Shown: one piece after another, positions 42,601-54,915 of the stretch
How the letters are laid out: every line of letters starts with the position of its first letter
Numbering within the stretch: position 1 is the first letter of the stretch
Assembly: GCA_028534125.1 (NCBI GenBank)
Contig: CM052817.1
Coordinates: 17,362,001-17,426,000, forward strand
DNA from: Lama glama
Taxonomy: Eukaryota
Reading direction: 5' to 3'
DNA: 64,000 nt
Notes under the pieces: model-generated
Seen by the model: the letters and a program-made list of their open reading frames with translations, nothing else
What the model was told of the DNA's origin: nothing
Databases searched by the model: none
Program-made: the position numbers and the translations under genes

Positions 42601-43429
42601 TTAAAATGTGTGACACTTTGAAAATAAAAGCACTAGCATTCAAAGAAATATACTGCTGGCAGGTGGGACTACCTCCCACTCCTGCTGCCCCAAATTTGCT
42701 GAAGTATGTGTTCATCCTTTGTGATTAAATTCAAAAGATATTGACAAGGGAGAGGAGTTATCATACAAGACCTGGGAGCTGGAAGGTAGATGGGAGTTGA
42801 CCAGATTCTGTTTCCCTCCCCTAGGGGGAATCCATCCGGGACACTATTGCCTGGGGACTGCCAAATGCAGGCACTGGACCAGAGTTACCTGAAGAGACTG
42901 GAAACAGATGAATCAACAATGGAAGAATTGGGTTGATGTATAGAAGCCAGAGGGTGGAGCCAGATAAATGACATCAAACGACAAATGTAACTGATCAGGC
43001 AGTAAAGAGGAAGCAACTGGACAGAAGTTGCTGAGGAGTTCAAGTGCAGGTCAGAAAATAGAAAGATGGGTCAAGGGCTGGGACCTGGGGGACTAGGACT
43101 GGCTGTCCCATGCTGCCATGTTCCAGCATTAACCCAGAGAATTCTGAATTTGAATCTAGGCTTCTAGGTGGTGTCAAGGTAGGAAGATAGAACACAAGTC
43201 TGTTAGATTAATTTATAGCTTCTAAATATTTGGATATATGGAATGCTGGTCTTCATTTGTACTCTTTCCTCAGGGCCCAGGAATGTTAGGGTGTGGACCT
43301 GCAGGAGCCTCATATTTCTCACTTAGGAGAGCACATTTTGGTTACTGCTCTAGCTTACAGAGAAGTTTTTTGGAACAATGATGCTGACATATCAATGCCA
43401 GTTATTACTGCCCCCCTCACCCCTCAGTT

Positions 43430-43640
43430 ATGGGAAAACTTCAGCTTGGTAACATGGCTTCTGATTTATCTGTGCCAATAAAAATGCTGAGCAGGACAGG
43501 ACTAAGTCCAGAGTCTGCTGAAAACTTTTTAGAGATCTTCGAGATTGATGTCAGCCCATTCACCCGTATATTTTGGGGACCATTGTTTGACCATCAACAC
43601 AACCACCTAATCAGTTCTGTCCTTCCTATAAGGTTTGTGA
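43430..43640 (-). mobile_element. CR1/L3 LINE reverse-transcriptase remnant
   Basis: 'aaaatgctgagcaggacaggactaagtccagagtctgctg...gattgatgtcagcccatt...ttggggaccattgtttgacca' resembles the antisense CR1/L3 ORF2 segment. Confidence 0.55.
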
Positions 43641-43942
43641 ACTCTGATGCAATCAATGTACTTGGCAGGCTGCTGATCTCATTCTCAGGGACTCTTGCTG
43701 AAAAGAACTGGAGTGGTTTGACCAGACATGCCCAGTTCCTGTGCTCAGTGTCTTGCTGCCTCTTTTGCACGTGATTCTCTGCTCTGTTTCCCACTCCTGG
43801 CTTGAAGAACACAATCAAATCTGGCCACTTGATAAAGGCCAAGGTGATCAGTACAAAAGGTAATGAGGTAAACCTTCAAGGCAATCTCTTAAGTTTCTGA
43901 TCTGATGGGAAAGATGGTAAAGACTTTGGAGAACCAAAGGGC

Positions 43943-44175
43943 GAAGGTCAGAAAACTTTTTCTGTGAAACACGAACTCATAAATACTTCAGACCTTGCAA
44001 GTCATATGGCCTCCATTTCAACTCTTCAACTCTGCTTTGAAGTCAGCCATAGTATGAAAGCATCCATCAACGGTACTCAGCAGAATGATGAGATTGTGTT
44101 CTAATAAAACTTTATTTATAAAAATGGGTGGCGGACCAGATATGGCCAGTGAGCCATAGTTTGCAGACCCCTGTT
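43943..44175. mobile_element. MER58A-like hAT element
   Basis: 'ttgtgttctaataaaactttattta...ggccagtgagccatagtttgcagacccctg'. Confidence 0.82.
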
Positions 44176-47100
44176 CTAGGGGATAAACACTCTCTGAGAA
44201 TAAGCAAAGAACTTTAGGAAATGGATTAATGTTCGGAATCAGTGAGAACAATACTACTATGTATCACCCTTAAGGTGGATCTCGTTGCGAGGCTGAGCTC
44301 TGCAGATCAGACCATCAGAAACTTCCATCCAAAACACAAATCTGCTTGAGCCCTTCTCAGCCTGAAAACTTTCAGGGCTCACATTCACACTGAGCCTGGC
44401 CCAGTCACCCCGCCTTCTTTCCCAAATTCATCCTTCATCAATTTCACATACTCAGTGCAGTCCAACCATGCCGACATCTTCCCTGTTCGCTCATTACCTG
44501 TGCAGTCATGACTCCAAATTTTTGCCCATCCTGTTTCTCTGCGGAGAAGACTCCCCATGCCATCTTCAAACTCTTATTCATCCCTCAAGACACAGTTCAA
44601 ATATCTGTCTTGATGTTTCTCCAGCATCCCTAGGCTGGGTGAATTGCCTCCTCTTCTGTGTTCCCAGCACACTCTACATATAATCTATACTCCATCAGTG
44701 CTACTTCAGAGTGATCCCTTTAATTGATCTCTAATGATTTACCTTATCTTGCAATGTATTTTTAAAATTTCTTTGCTCCTTCCCCACTGGGTTGTGGACA
44801 CTTACAGACACAGCGATGCCTAGTGAATCTTCCTTCCCCGGGAGTTAGCACCGGATCTGCCATGAAAAGGAAGCTGAACTCATGTATGCACAACTGTTTA
44901 ACTCAGGGCGGAATCCAGTTGTGTCAGGGCCACTGGAGTTTCGTGGAATGATTCACAGTTTAGATTGTCTGCTATTTTTATAATATACTTGCAGTGGCTT
45001 AATAAGCAACTCTCTGACAAGGTACTTGGGAGCTGTTCACAAATGACAGAGTGATATTAAAATCAAGTCAGGTTCAGAAGTAAATATAACAAATCTCTCC
45101 TCCACCTAAATTATATGCTCCCTTCAAATCAGGAAAGATAATTGTTTGAGTTTCTACAGCTGCTGTGTATTTGCGCATATGTAGCTTTCTCTTTGGCAGA
45201 TGTCTCACGAAAATCTCGTTCTCGTATTAGATATGGGACCATGTTGTATTTTTCCTTCTTTTAATGGATTTCCTAGATCTTGTTGATTTGCTCTTCAGTT
45301 TCACTTAGGACACCAAAATGGTCATTTCTTCAGTGGAATCCTGGCAGCTCAAAGGGTGGCTGCAATTTTTCAAAGTGCCTCCTGGATGACCCCTCATAGG
45401 GTTAAACCCAGGGGAGAACAGAGCTCAAAAAATGACAGGTGTCCCCGGGCCTACTGTTACATTGTTTGTCCAAGGAAAAGACAAACCGATGTTCGAGACG
45501 GACACGCATTAAGTACTGAGTTGCACGCTGCCACATCATCAGGTTTTCTGCAGCACCCACTTTTCAGATGCTGCTTTTTCTGCAAATTAAGGGATAGGGC
45601 ACACAGGACAGGGGAGGGGGCAGATGTGCAGTTGTGCTCTGCCCTCAGGCCCAGCCAAGAGGGCAAGTAGGGGCCTCCTCACCCTTGTCCTGCCATTAGT
45701 CCTAGCCTCAGGCTGCCCCGGGTAGGGGTCAGGGGCAGCAGGTCGTCTTTTTATAACTTACATACAGGCATCTTATAGACCAGGACTGGCCCCCCCAAGG
45801 AAAACCAAGGCAAAAATTCCAAAGACGGGCACACCCCAATTCTCAATAAACCCTTACTTCCTCTAAAAGCTCAGACAGCCTCATGTTTTTCTCTTTACTT
45901 GCCCCAAGAATTCTTGGGAAAACAGAAGTTCCATGAGAATCCCCGTAGTGGGCAAAGGTGACTCGGTCCTGCCCCCGGTTAGGAGGTGGCCTCATCCCTT
46001 CTCTGCCTTTATCCTGTTCTCCCACACCAGCAGCTCCTGCTCCAGCGAGGAATCCGCCCTGCCTATATCTCCACGCCAGCCTGAAGCCCACATAGGCCTG
46101 CTCTTCAAGGTTACAGAGGCCACAAAACAAGAGCGGGGAGAAGGGAGAAGTGGTGGAAATCAGTTTCTTTTTGGCTTGTCTGATTTCCTCTGGGCTCCGA
46201 GTTTGGCAGGGCATAAACAGATAACCAAAAATTTTTACTTTCCCAGGTAGGAATTATGTAATCAGAGGCTGCTTCTTCCTTTGGTTTTTTCTTTTTTCTT
46301 TCTTTCTTTCTTTTTTTTTTGTTTTTGGGGGGGTTTTTTTTGTTTGTTTTTTTGGAAATTTCACTGGAAAGAAATTCCCCTTTCGTTCCCAATCACACAG
46401 AGTATTTCCCCTCTGCCTTTCCTTGGAAGTCTTCTGAAGCTCTCTGAAGCTAGTCAGATAATTCTGTGTAAATTATGCACACAGGGGAGTTTTAAAAATA
46501 CATCCTTTATGATCCCTTGGAGTGTGTGTGTGCAAAGTTATATCATATACTGACATAGATAACCCATTTCAAAAATAGCTTTGGTTCCTTCGCCTGGATC
46601 CACTCAATCCAGGGACATGGCTCCATTCCCCTCCACCTCAGAGGTTCAAAGATGAATAAGTGCCCTGTCCCCGCTCCCATTTGGAAAAGGTGAACTTTTT
46701 AACATTCTGTAAACAGAGGGAAGAATTTCTTCCATTAGTGCATGAAATCTGATTCTCCAAAGTTTCAGCTCCTATTGCTAATGACTCCTAACTCTACCCT
46801 GGGCTCACAAGACCCATCCTCTGCCTGAACATCTCCACATATTTATCCCCCAGCCATCGCCAGCTCCATTCATCTGTCCCACCTTCAGCCCACCAGACTT
46901 GCTCATTCTCCAGCATTTCCTGCAGCGCTGGGAATATGCCCAGTCATCTAAGCAAGAAATGCTATGTTCCTGGCCAGGAATTCTTTTCTGGGAAACAAGG
47001 CATTGTGTTCCAGCCCTAAGCCCAAGTCCACACACATCAGGTCGGCCAGAGGAGCTGCCCGTTCCTGCTTGTTCTCACACCGGGACTGTTTTATCCCCTC

Positions 47101-47299
47101 CATTCCTCTCCCCTTGCTCCAGTTCCGGCCCTTAGTTAATTCCCTGGACTTCAGCAAACGCTGGGCGGAAGTGCCATTCAGAGCGTGGGCCCAGGACAAG
47201 ACTACCTGGGTTCAAATCCTATCTCTACCCCGCCTTAGCTCTGCAGCCTGAGCCATGTCAGCCAATTCTTCTGTGCCTCGGTCCCCTTATCCTTAAATC

Positions 47300-47393
47300 G
47301 ATTAAAAAAATTTTTTAATTGAAGTAGAGTCAGTTACAATGTGTCAATTTCTGGTATACAGCACAATGTCCCAGTCATGTATAAACATACACA
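47300..47393 (-). mobile_element. Very short L1 3' stub inserted in a MIR
   Basis: 'ttttttaattgaagtagagtcagttacaatgtgtcaatttctggtatacagcacaatg', flanked by tatccttaaatc / tatccttgaatc. Confidence 0.8.
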
Positions 47394-47436
47394 TATCCTT
47401 GAATCAGAATGATGCTTCTTGGGCATTTGGAAAGAA

Positions 47437-47957
47437 CAGGGGTTGACAGGCTTTCCCCATAAAGGGCCAGGTAGTATTTCTGGTGTTGTAGGGCAAGATG
47501 CAAAATTAAGGCTATTACATAGGTATTTTGGGGGGGGTGGGGGAGGGAGGTAATTAGGTGTACTTATTTATTTATTTTTAGAGGAGGTACTGGGGATTGA
47601 ACCCAGGACCTCGTGCGTGATAGGCATGCACTCTACCACTGAGCTATACCCTCCCCCCTACATAGGTATTTAAAATATAACTAGAGAAAGAATAAATTTC
47701 CACAACATTTTATTGACAAAGCTCAAAATGTAGTAATAATTGAGGACTTTTTTTTTTAATAATACAGACCCATTAATGAGAACAATGGAATTCTATTTTG
47801 AGGAAGACAGCATTTTGCTTAATTAGGTTCAAAGTTAGTGTTTCCGATCATCAGAATCTTTCACAAATGTTCATCTGTAAAATTCATTCTTCTCTTGTGG
47901 GCTTAAAAACAAGAACAGGTGGCGGATGGGATTTGGCCCACGGTTTGCCTACTTCAC
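47437..47957. mobile_element. MER58-family hAT element (interrupted by a SINE)
   Basis: Starts 'caggggttgacagg...aaagggccaggtag' and ends 'atttggcccacggtttgcc'. 8-bp TSD GGAAAGAA at 47429-47436 and 47958-47965. Confidence 0.78.
47529..47658 (-). mobile_element. tRNA-derived camelid SINE (Vic-1-like) with 13-bp TSD
   Basis: 'ggaggtactggggattgaacccaggacctcg...ctctaccactgagctataccctccccc'. TSD TACATAGGTATTT at 47516-47528 and 47659-47671. Confidence 0.9.
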
Positions 47958-48153
47958 GGAAAGAATAAGAGATAGTGCAGAGTACTTGGCACACCATGAG
48001 TATTCAGAGGATGCTGGTTATTGTAATTATTTCTCATCATCCTATCCACGTTCACCCTTGGCTTCAGCCATGTAAATACTTGGGGTTTCCTCGAGCTGTT
48101 TGAGTCTGCTCATGCTGTGCCATAAGCCTTCACCTCCTCAGGAATCCTTTCCT

Positions 48154-48395
48154 CCTGGGATTTCAAAATTGTAGAATAGATAAACAAGATTACACTGTAT
48201 AGCACAGGGAAATATACACAAAATGTTATGATAAATCACAGAGAAAAAAATGTGACAATGAGTGTGTATATGTCCATGAATGACTCAAGAATTGTGCTGA
48301 ACACTGGAATTTGACACAACACTGTAAAATGATTATGAATCAATAAAAAATGTAAAAAAAAACTAAAATAAAAATAAAATAGAACAAAAAAAAAA
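48154..48395 (+). mobile_element. Young 5'-truncated L1 3' end with poly(A) tail and 14-bp TSD
   Basis: 'aacaagattacactgtatagcacagggaaatatac...caataaaaaatg' followed by an A tail. TSD AGGAATCCTTTCCT at 48140-48153 and 48396-48409. Confidence 0.9.
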
Positions 48396-48754
48396 AGGAA
48401 TCCTTTCCTGTTTCTCTCCCTTCTTCCATATCTCCCCATCCCTGAAGGATCTGTCCACTCCCCACTCAAGGTCCTGCTCAGAGTGACCCCTTGCAGAGCT
48501 GCCTCCCTGCCACTGTGGCATTTGATGGCTTACTTCCTCCTCTTTAAACTGTGAATAGAAACCGTGCATTACTCACGAGGTCCCCAATCACATTGTGTGT
48601 TCGACAAATATTGGCTGAATAAACAAATGAACCGCCTCCTTGCAAATGGGAGACGCAGCAGAAACCTTCCTTGACTGCCCCAGTTCTCAGGGAGCTCTTT
48701 GTTCCCTACACACCTAGAGCATTTTGGGCCCCATGGATTTTCTTAAAGGGACCC

Positions 48755-49165
48755 TTGGCTCTGGGTACAAATCTCAGCTGCGTCACTTCCTAGCTTTGTG
48801 GCTTTGTACAAGTTACTTAACTTCTCTGAGCCTCCACTTCCGTGTGGGTGAAATGGGGATACTGATGGTACTCACCTCACATGTTTGTAGACTGGGTGAG
48901 ACAGAGCATATGAAGCACTTGGCACAGTGACTACTCCACAAATGCTTGTTGCTTTGCTCACATTTATTGACTAATGACCATAATATAAGCCCTTTTGTTA
49001 ATATGTTTATTAGTCACTAGGACCCTACGAGGTAGGTACTCTCATTATCCCCATTTTACAGATGAGAAAACATAGGCTTTCAAGGTTGTATAACTTGCCC
49101 AACGCCATACAGCCAGTGTGGCAGAGCCAGGATTAAAACCCGGGCTGTCTGCCTCTAAAGCTGTG
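48755..49165. mobile_element. Two MIR SINEs in opposite orientation
   Basis: 'caagttacttaacttctctgagcctc' (+) and 'ccccattttacagatgagaaaac' (-). Confidence 0.75.
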
Positions 49166-52100
49166 CTGGGTGGTAGAGATGAACTTGTTCTGCAATATCC
49201 CAGGCTCTTCGAGAGTCAGGAATGCATTGTGGAATTCTCTGTATCCTTCCTAGCTGCCAGCACAGAACCTTGCACGTGATGGAGATCCAGAGACACCTGC
49301 TCATTTAGTTATCCGTCCCTCCTCCACCCTGATCCAGAGGAGGGATCCAAAGTGTTCTGGGGACATTTCCTCCTGTCCAGGCTTGACCACCAATGAGCAC
49401 ATTTGTGTCTCAGACAAGGAGATAGGAAGGGAAGTAAAAAGGGACAGTGATTAAGGAAGGAGTGCAGGTGGGGTCTGGGAAGAATTTAGCCTATTCCGAA
49501 GGTGACAGCGGACTTCAGTCTCTCTCTCGGCAAACCCCTAATCCCTGGGGGAGCAGCAGCCCCAGTGTCAGTAAGCAGCTCTAAGGACACTGACCAGAGC
49601 AGGCTGACTCCACTGATTGTCTGTAACGTGACTGTTCCTCTTAATCAAAATGATGTCATCCTTTGATATCAGAAAGCGAAGGATAGCAAAATTAATGATG
49701 GCTCCAGTGGGCTTCAGATGGCCACCAGCCGCCGAGGGGCCATAGGGCTGCGGAGTCCGCTGCATGTCAATGATGTGCGCAGGGATTTCTTCACTAACAA
49801 GGGTGCTGTTAAGTCTTAATTACCCAGAACCGAGGCCTCACCTTGCTGCCTGTCCCTCGGGAGCTCCCTGTGAAGTCAGTAGGAGCTTTGTCTGCATTTC
49901 AGCCTGGTGAATGCTTGCCTGCAAATGTTTGCAAATTATCTTGTGTGCCTAGGATAGAAACAGGAGAGAATTATTTAGTTTTGGAATGTTGGCATAGCCC
50001 CATCCCTGCCTTGCCTGACACATACCGCAGTGCTGCTCACATCCCACCCTCTTTATCTCTGATTAATTCTGAATCGTGGGCCTCTTTGTTTCCTGGCTGA
50101 TGAATGCACCTCTTTGGTTTTGCCCTCAGACACATGGTCGGTAATGTCCCATGGTTCTCAACCCTTGCTTAGCAGCCCTCTCTAGAAAGTCTAATGCATT
50201 TTCCATTAGAAGAGTCGATCTGTCCCTGCCCTTCCAGCAACCACAAGCCTCAGTCTGGCCCCATGGGAGGGGTCAAAACCCCCTCCATGGCTCCTCCTTC
50301 CCTCTGGAAGGAGATGCTCTCGGTACCCAACCCACGTTCCCCTGACTGGGGGCTGCGGATAGCTCACAGCTGCTGGCTTCTCCTGAGACTTGCCCTGGGA
50401 GAAAAGCACGGGCATTTCCATCTGGAAATGTTTGGGAGGTTTCGCTTCCCTTCTGGGGACAGCTCACAACCAGGATGGCCTGAAAACTAGGCGCAAGAGC
50501 TCCCTGTGGGGGTCAGGCTGAGGCTAGAGCACACCTCCGCCGGCCCTTCTGTGCTTCCCTCACGCCTTTCCAGGTTTCACCAAGGAGAGCACCCTCAAGG
50601 AACTGCTTGCCCGAAAAGCCAGTCTCAGGCTCAGTGTCTTGGCAACCCAACCCAGGACGCCTCTCTACACCACCCTCCCCCCTGCAAGCAGAATCATCTT
50701 TAGAACCTCAGCCTGATCATGCCACTTCCTTTCTTAAAAACTTCCATGCCTCCCATGGGCCAAACTCCATCACATGGGCCTAAATCCCACAGACCTGGGC
50801 TGTTTACCCCTCCTGCCTCACCTCTCATCACACCTTCCGCCTCACCTGAGAGGCCACTTCCCCCAGAGGGGCTGCCCCAGACCACCCCCCCACCAACTCC
50901 ACTGGGCCTGAGACATCTGTGTGTGTGCGCACAGCCCGCTGCGCTGACACCTACTGTAAATCCCGGCATATTGTAACCGCTGGCTTATCTTTCTCGCCGT
51001 CTAGGCTGCAAACCCCTCTGGTATTTCCAAAGCCCACCACCACGCATCTGGCCCACATGAGACTTTCAATGATTAGTTGTTGATTGATGAAATGGATGAT
51101 TGAACTAGGTATTTCATAAAGGTTTAAGGATGACAGCCAAATTCCAACTTCAAGGTTATATGTCATCATTTACCTATTTGTGATTTAACTGAAGTTTCCC
51201 TAAATAGACGAATATACTGGAAACATTGAAATAATTAAATGCCTTCAATATAAACACATATAAGCAGTCTGGTTAGTGTGTCTAGGATAATCAAGGTGTG
51301 AATAGTCCCAGATATTTCAGAAGGTTTCCATTTCTTTTGGACCATCAGCTTGGCAATCAAAGATATCCCAGCCCCACCAACTTCTGACTCTCGGGGATCC
51401 TCTGCTGAATTTTAAATCCCTTTGCCTTCCCTCTGTCTGCTCCCCACAACAACAAAAACAAACAAATAAGCAAAAAAAAAATTGTGCAATTCTGAGTGCC
51501 AGAATAGCTCTGTTCATCTGAGGAAGAAACCCTTGAACATCAATGAACCGTGATTTTAAACTGCCATTTCACTGCTGACTTTTCAGAAAAGTATCACCCT
51601 GCGAAGAAGTTAGTCTTGAATGCAAACCTTGTGATTACCAGAATCGTCCAAGGTTCTGACTTGCCTCATCCTCTTTGGAATTGGGTGTATTAGTCAGTAG
51701 AATTGCATTAATTCTCGACGTGACCTCAGACAAAACACAAGCAGCGTTAACAAATTACCAGTGATGGAGATGCAAATGGACCAAGGACGAACATTAAAAA
51801 CAGCCCTATCTCTCTGTGCTGCTACCTCGTCTTGTCCAAAATTCACAGAAATATTAATCCTCCTGGAATGCTTAGTGATGCATATACAGTAACATTCCCA
51901 TGGAAGCTAGTAATTATCTCTTGTTAGCAAGATCAACTTACTACAGTCTGTCACTGCAGGGACAGACAATATTGTGACTTGCTATGCTAAGTGAAACACG
52001 GTGACAGGATAAATTAGGACATTTAAACTAACAGTAATAATGACACACGGCTCTGGTTCCCCTCCACGTATAACTGATAAAATTAACAGAAAAGAGACAC

Positions 52101-52757
52101 CATGGTAATAGAAGAATGCATTAGGAATGGTTGGTTGGGTTACAAAGGGACAAACTTTCTTCCATTGCTTATGTTGTTATAGCTAATATTTATTATGCAC
52201 CTGCTGTGCATGGCACGACTCTTATCAGGGGCAAGGATAATAATAAATTACTACCTGTCAGCCACGTGCACAGTAACTTCATTATGTGACTAGGCGGCAC
52301 TCTTATTAAGTCTTTGGAATCTATTAAAAGTCTCATTTTGAAACAATGAACCACAAGGAACAAATTTATGAATTGTGGATCCCTGATATTAACCCAAAGA
52401 GTTAGCCTTGGAAAAGAAAAATAATTCTTAAGAAAAAAATTAATTTCTGCCAAGGAAAATCTAAGAATATATACGTTAGCTGGTCCAGCAAGATGCCTCT
52501 GGCTGTGCTGTAACAGAGATGAAGCAAATATCTAATTTCACAAGAAAAATTTATAGACTAGACTTTGAATCAGACAAAGTCCAAAAACCTTCCCCGCCAG
52601 GTTCTCAATCAAATGGCGTAATAGACAGCAATGCCCTCCCACGTCCGAGATGCCCCTCTGATCTCTGGCTCTGATCGGTATCAAGCTGTCACCTCCACTG
52701 ATGTATCCAGACAGAACTTGCCCTTTATATTCACTAGTTTAATTTGCTTAGTGAACA

Positions 52758-53657
52758 TGGTAGATTGTTTGCAAAGTTGGCTGCAATAAATCCTCATATC
52801 AGTGCATGCACATCCCTTTGCAATGTCACTTTGAACCACCTGCTGTCGAGTGGTGGGGTCTATTCCTCCTTGCCTTGAACATAGGAAGGCTTTGTAACTT
52901 GCTTTGACCAAAGGAATACAATAGAAGTGATATTTTGGTGAATTCTGAGCTTATGCCTTAAACAGCCTTGCAGCTTCTGCTCTTACCTTCTTAGAACACA
53001 TGGCCACCAGGTAAAGGAAGCCCCAGCTAGCCATCTTGAAGATGAGAACTCCAATGGTACAGCCACAGCTAGTATCAACTGCCAGATGTGTAATGAGGCC
53101 ATCTTGAACCATCTAGTCACAGTGCTGCAGAGTGAATGTTTGTGTCCTCCCAAATTCACATGTTGAAGGCTTCATCCCCAATGTGATAGCATTTGGAGGG
53201 GGAAACTTTGGAAGGCAATGAGGTCATGAAGGTGGAGCCCTCATAAATGAAATTAGTGTCCCTGTAAGAAAAGACACGAGAGAGATGGTCTCTGTCTGTC
53301 ATGAGAGGACACAGGGAGGTGACATCCCCTGCAAACCAGGAAGAGAGTCCACACCAGGAACTGAATTGGCTGGCACTTTAATCTTGGACTTCCCATGCTT
53401 CAGAACAGTAAGGAATACATTTCTGATGTTTAAGCCACAAAGCTTATGATATTTTTGTAATAGCAGCCTGAACCCGGTTATGCTGCCAGATGACCGAGGC
53501 TGCCTCAGTGACTCCACAAGAGATCAGGCAGAAGAACCACCCCATCGAGCCCAGCACCAACTGCTGACTCTCTGAGTCATGAACAAATGGAACAGTCACA
53601 ATGTTAAGCCACTCCATTGTGAAGCAGTTCGTTACACCACACTGGGTCACCAGACCA
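52758..53657 (+). mobile_element. MaLR MLT1 LTR interrupted by a nested MLT1A-like LTR (~53123-53483)
   Basis: Outer: 'gtaacttgctttgaccaaaggaat' and 'ttaagccactccattgtgaagcagttcgttac'. Inner: 'tgaatgtttgtgtcctcccaaattcacatgttgaag...gatatttttgtaatagcagcctgaac'. Confidence 0.8.
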
Positions 53658-54049
53658 CGAACTCTGGGATAGAATTTAAAATTTTCTGCCTTGTTTTAAA
53701 AGAATGCTTCTGCTCTAACTCCTTGTGCAGAACAGCAGCTTCCAGAACTGTATTTACTTGGGAAGTGAAGGAATTTCTCCTCATTTCTTCCCCATCATCT
53801 CTTATAGCAATTCACCCCAAGACTGGACTGTGGAACCTTCCTTTGTCAAGGGGATAATAAAAATGGAAGGCTCAGAAATGCTTGTTCAGTGGTTGACTAA
53901 TAGTTTGTTTATGAAGCAAAGTGGGCTGGAAGGTAGCCTCAGGCATTCAGCTCTGCGCAGGTGAGGCACTGCCCGCCCTGCCACGTCTGCAGCAGCAAGA
54001 GCCTGAGGTCTAAGGAGAAGGGCTTCTGGGGACAGGGACCCTCAGGTGG

Positions 54050-54476
54050 TGGATTAGTCAGGGCTCTTCAGAGAAACAGACCATGTGTATCACCATGTGA
54101 ATCTATAACTATGTCTATATGAGGGGTGGCAAGGGACAGAGAGAGAATTTCTTTTAAGGAATTGGCTCACATAATTGTGGAGTCTTGGCCAGTCCAAAAT
54201 CGGCAGGGTCAGCTGGAAGCCTGGAGATCGGGGAAGGATTTCTGTCGGAGTCCAAAGGTGGTCTACTGGCAGAATATCCTCTTCCAGGGAGATCAGTCTT
54301 TTTCTATTAAGCCTTCAGCTGATCAGATGGGGGCTAATCTGCTTTACTCAAAGTCGCTGACTTAAGTGTTAATCTCATCTGGAAAAAGAACTTCACAGAA
54401 ACATCTAGCATGGTGTTTGATCAAATCTCTGGGTACCGTGGCCTAACCCAGTTGACACATTAAATTAACCATCACA
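54050..54476 (-). mobile_element. ERVL MLT2-type solo LTR
   Basis: 'attagtcagggctcttcagagaaacaga', 'taaggaattggctcacataattgtggag', and end 'ttgacacattaaattaaccatcaca'. Perfect 5-bp TSD GGTGG at 54045-54049 and 54477-54481. Confidence 0.88.
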
Positions 54477-54481
54477 GGTGG

Positions 54482-54915
54482 TGGTGTGAGCTGAATTGTG
54501 TCTCCTAGAAAAAGATATGCTGCAGTCCTAGCATGCAGCCTTATTTGGAGAGGTGCTTTGCAGAGGTGATCCGGTTATAATGGGTCTTTGGGGGTGGGCC
54601 CTGACCCAGCATAAGTGCTGTCCTTGTAGAAGGGGGAAATTTGGACACCTGGACAGATAGGCACAGAGGAAAGACTGAGTGAGGACACCCAGGGAGAAGA
54701 CGTCATGGGACTGAAGTGATGCATCTACGAGTCAGGGGGTCAGGGAGTGCTGGCAAGCACCAGGCAAGGAAGAATCCTCCCCTAGCTCTGGGCACAGAGA
54801 ACAGGGCTCTGCCGACACCTCGGTTATGGACTCCAGCCTCCAGAACTGTGAGACAACACATTTCCATCTAGCTTTGGGTACTTTGTTATGGCAGTCCTAG
54901 GAGATTGATATTGAT
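54482..54915 (+). mobile_element. MaLR MLT1B/C-like solo LTR
   Basis: 'tgagctgaattgtgtctcc', 'ggactccagcctccagaactgtgagacaa', 'tactttgttatggcagtcctaggag'. Confidence 0.82.

Noticed and set aside
46280..46353. T-rich tract resembling a retroposon tail
   Set aside because: No adjacent element body or TSD. Treated as simple low-complexity sequence.
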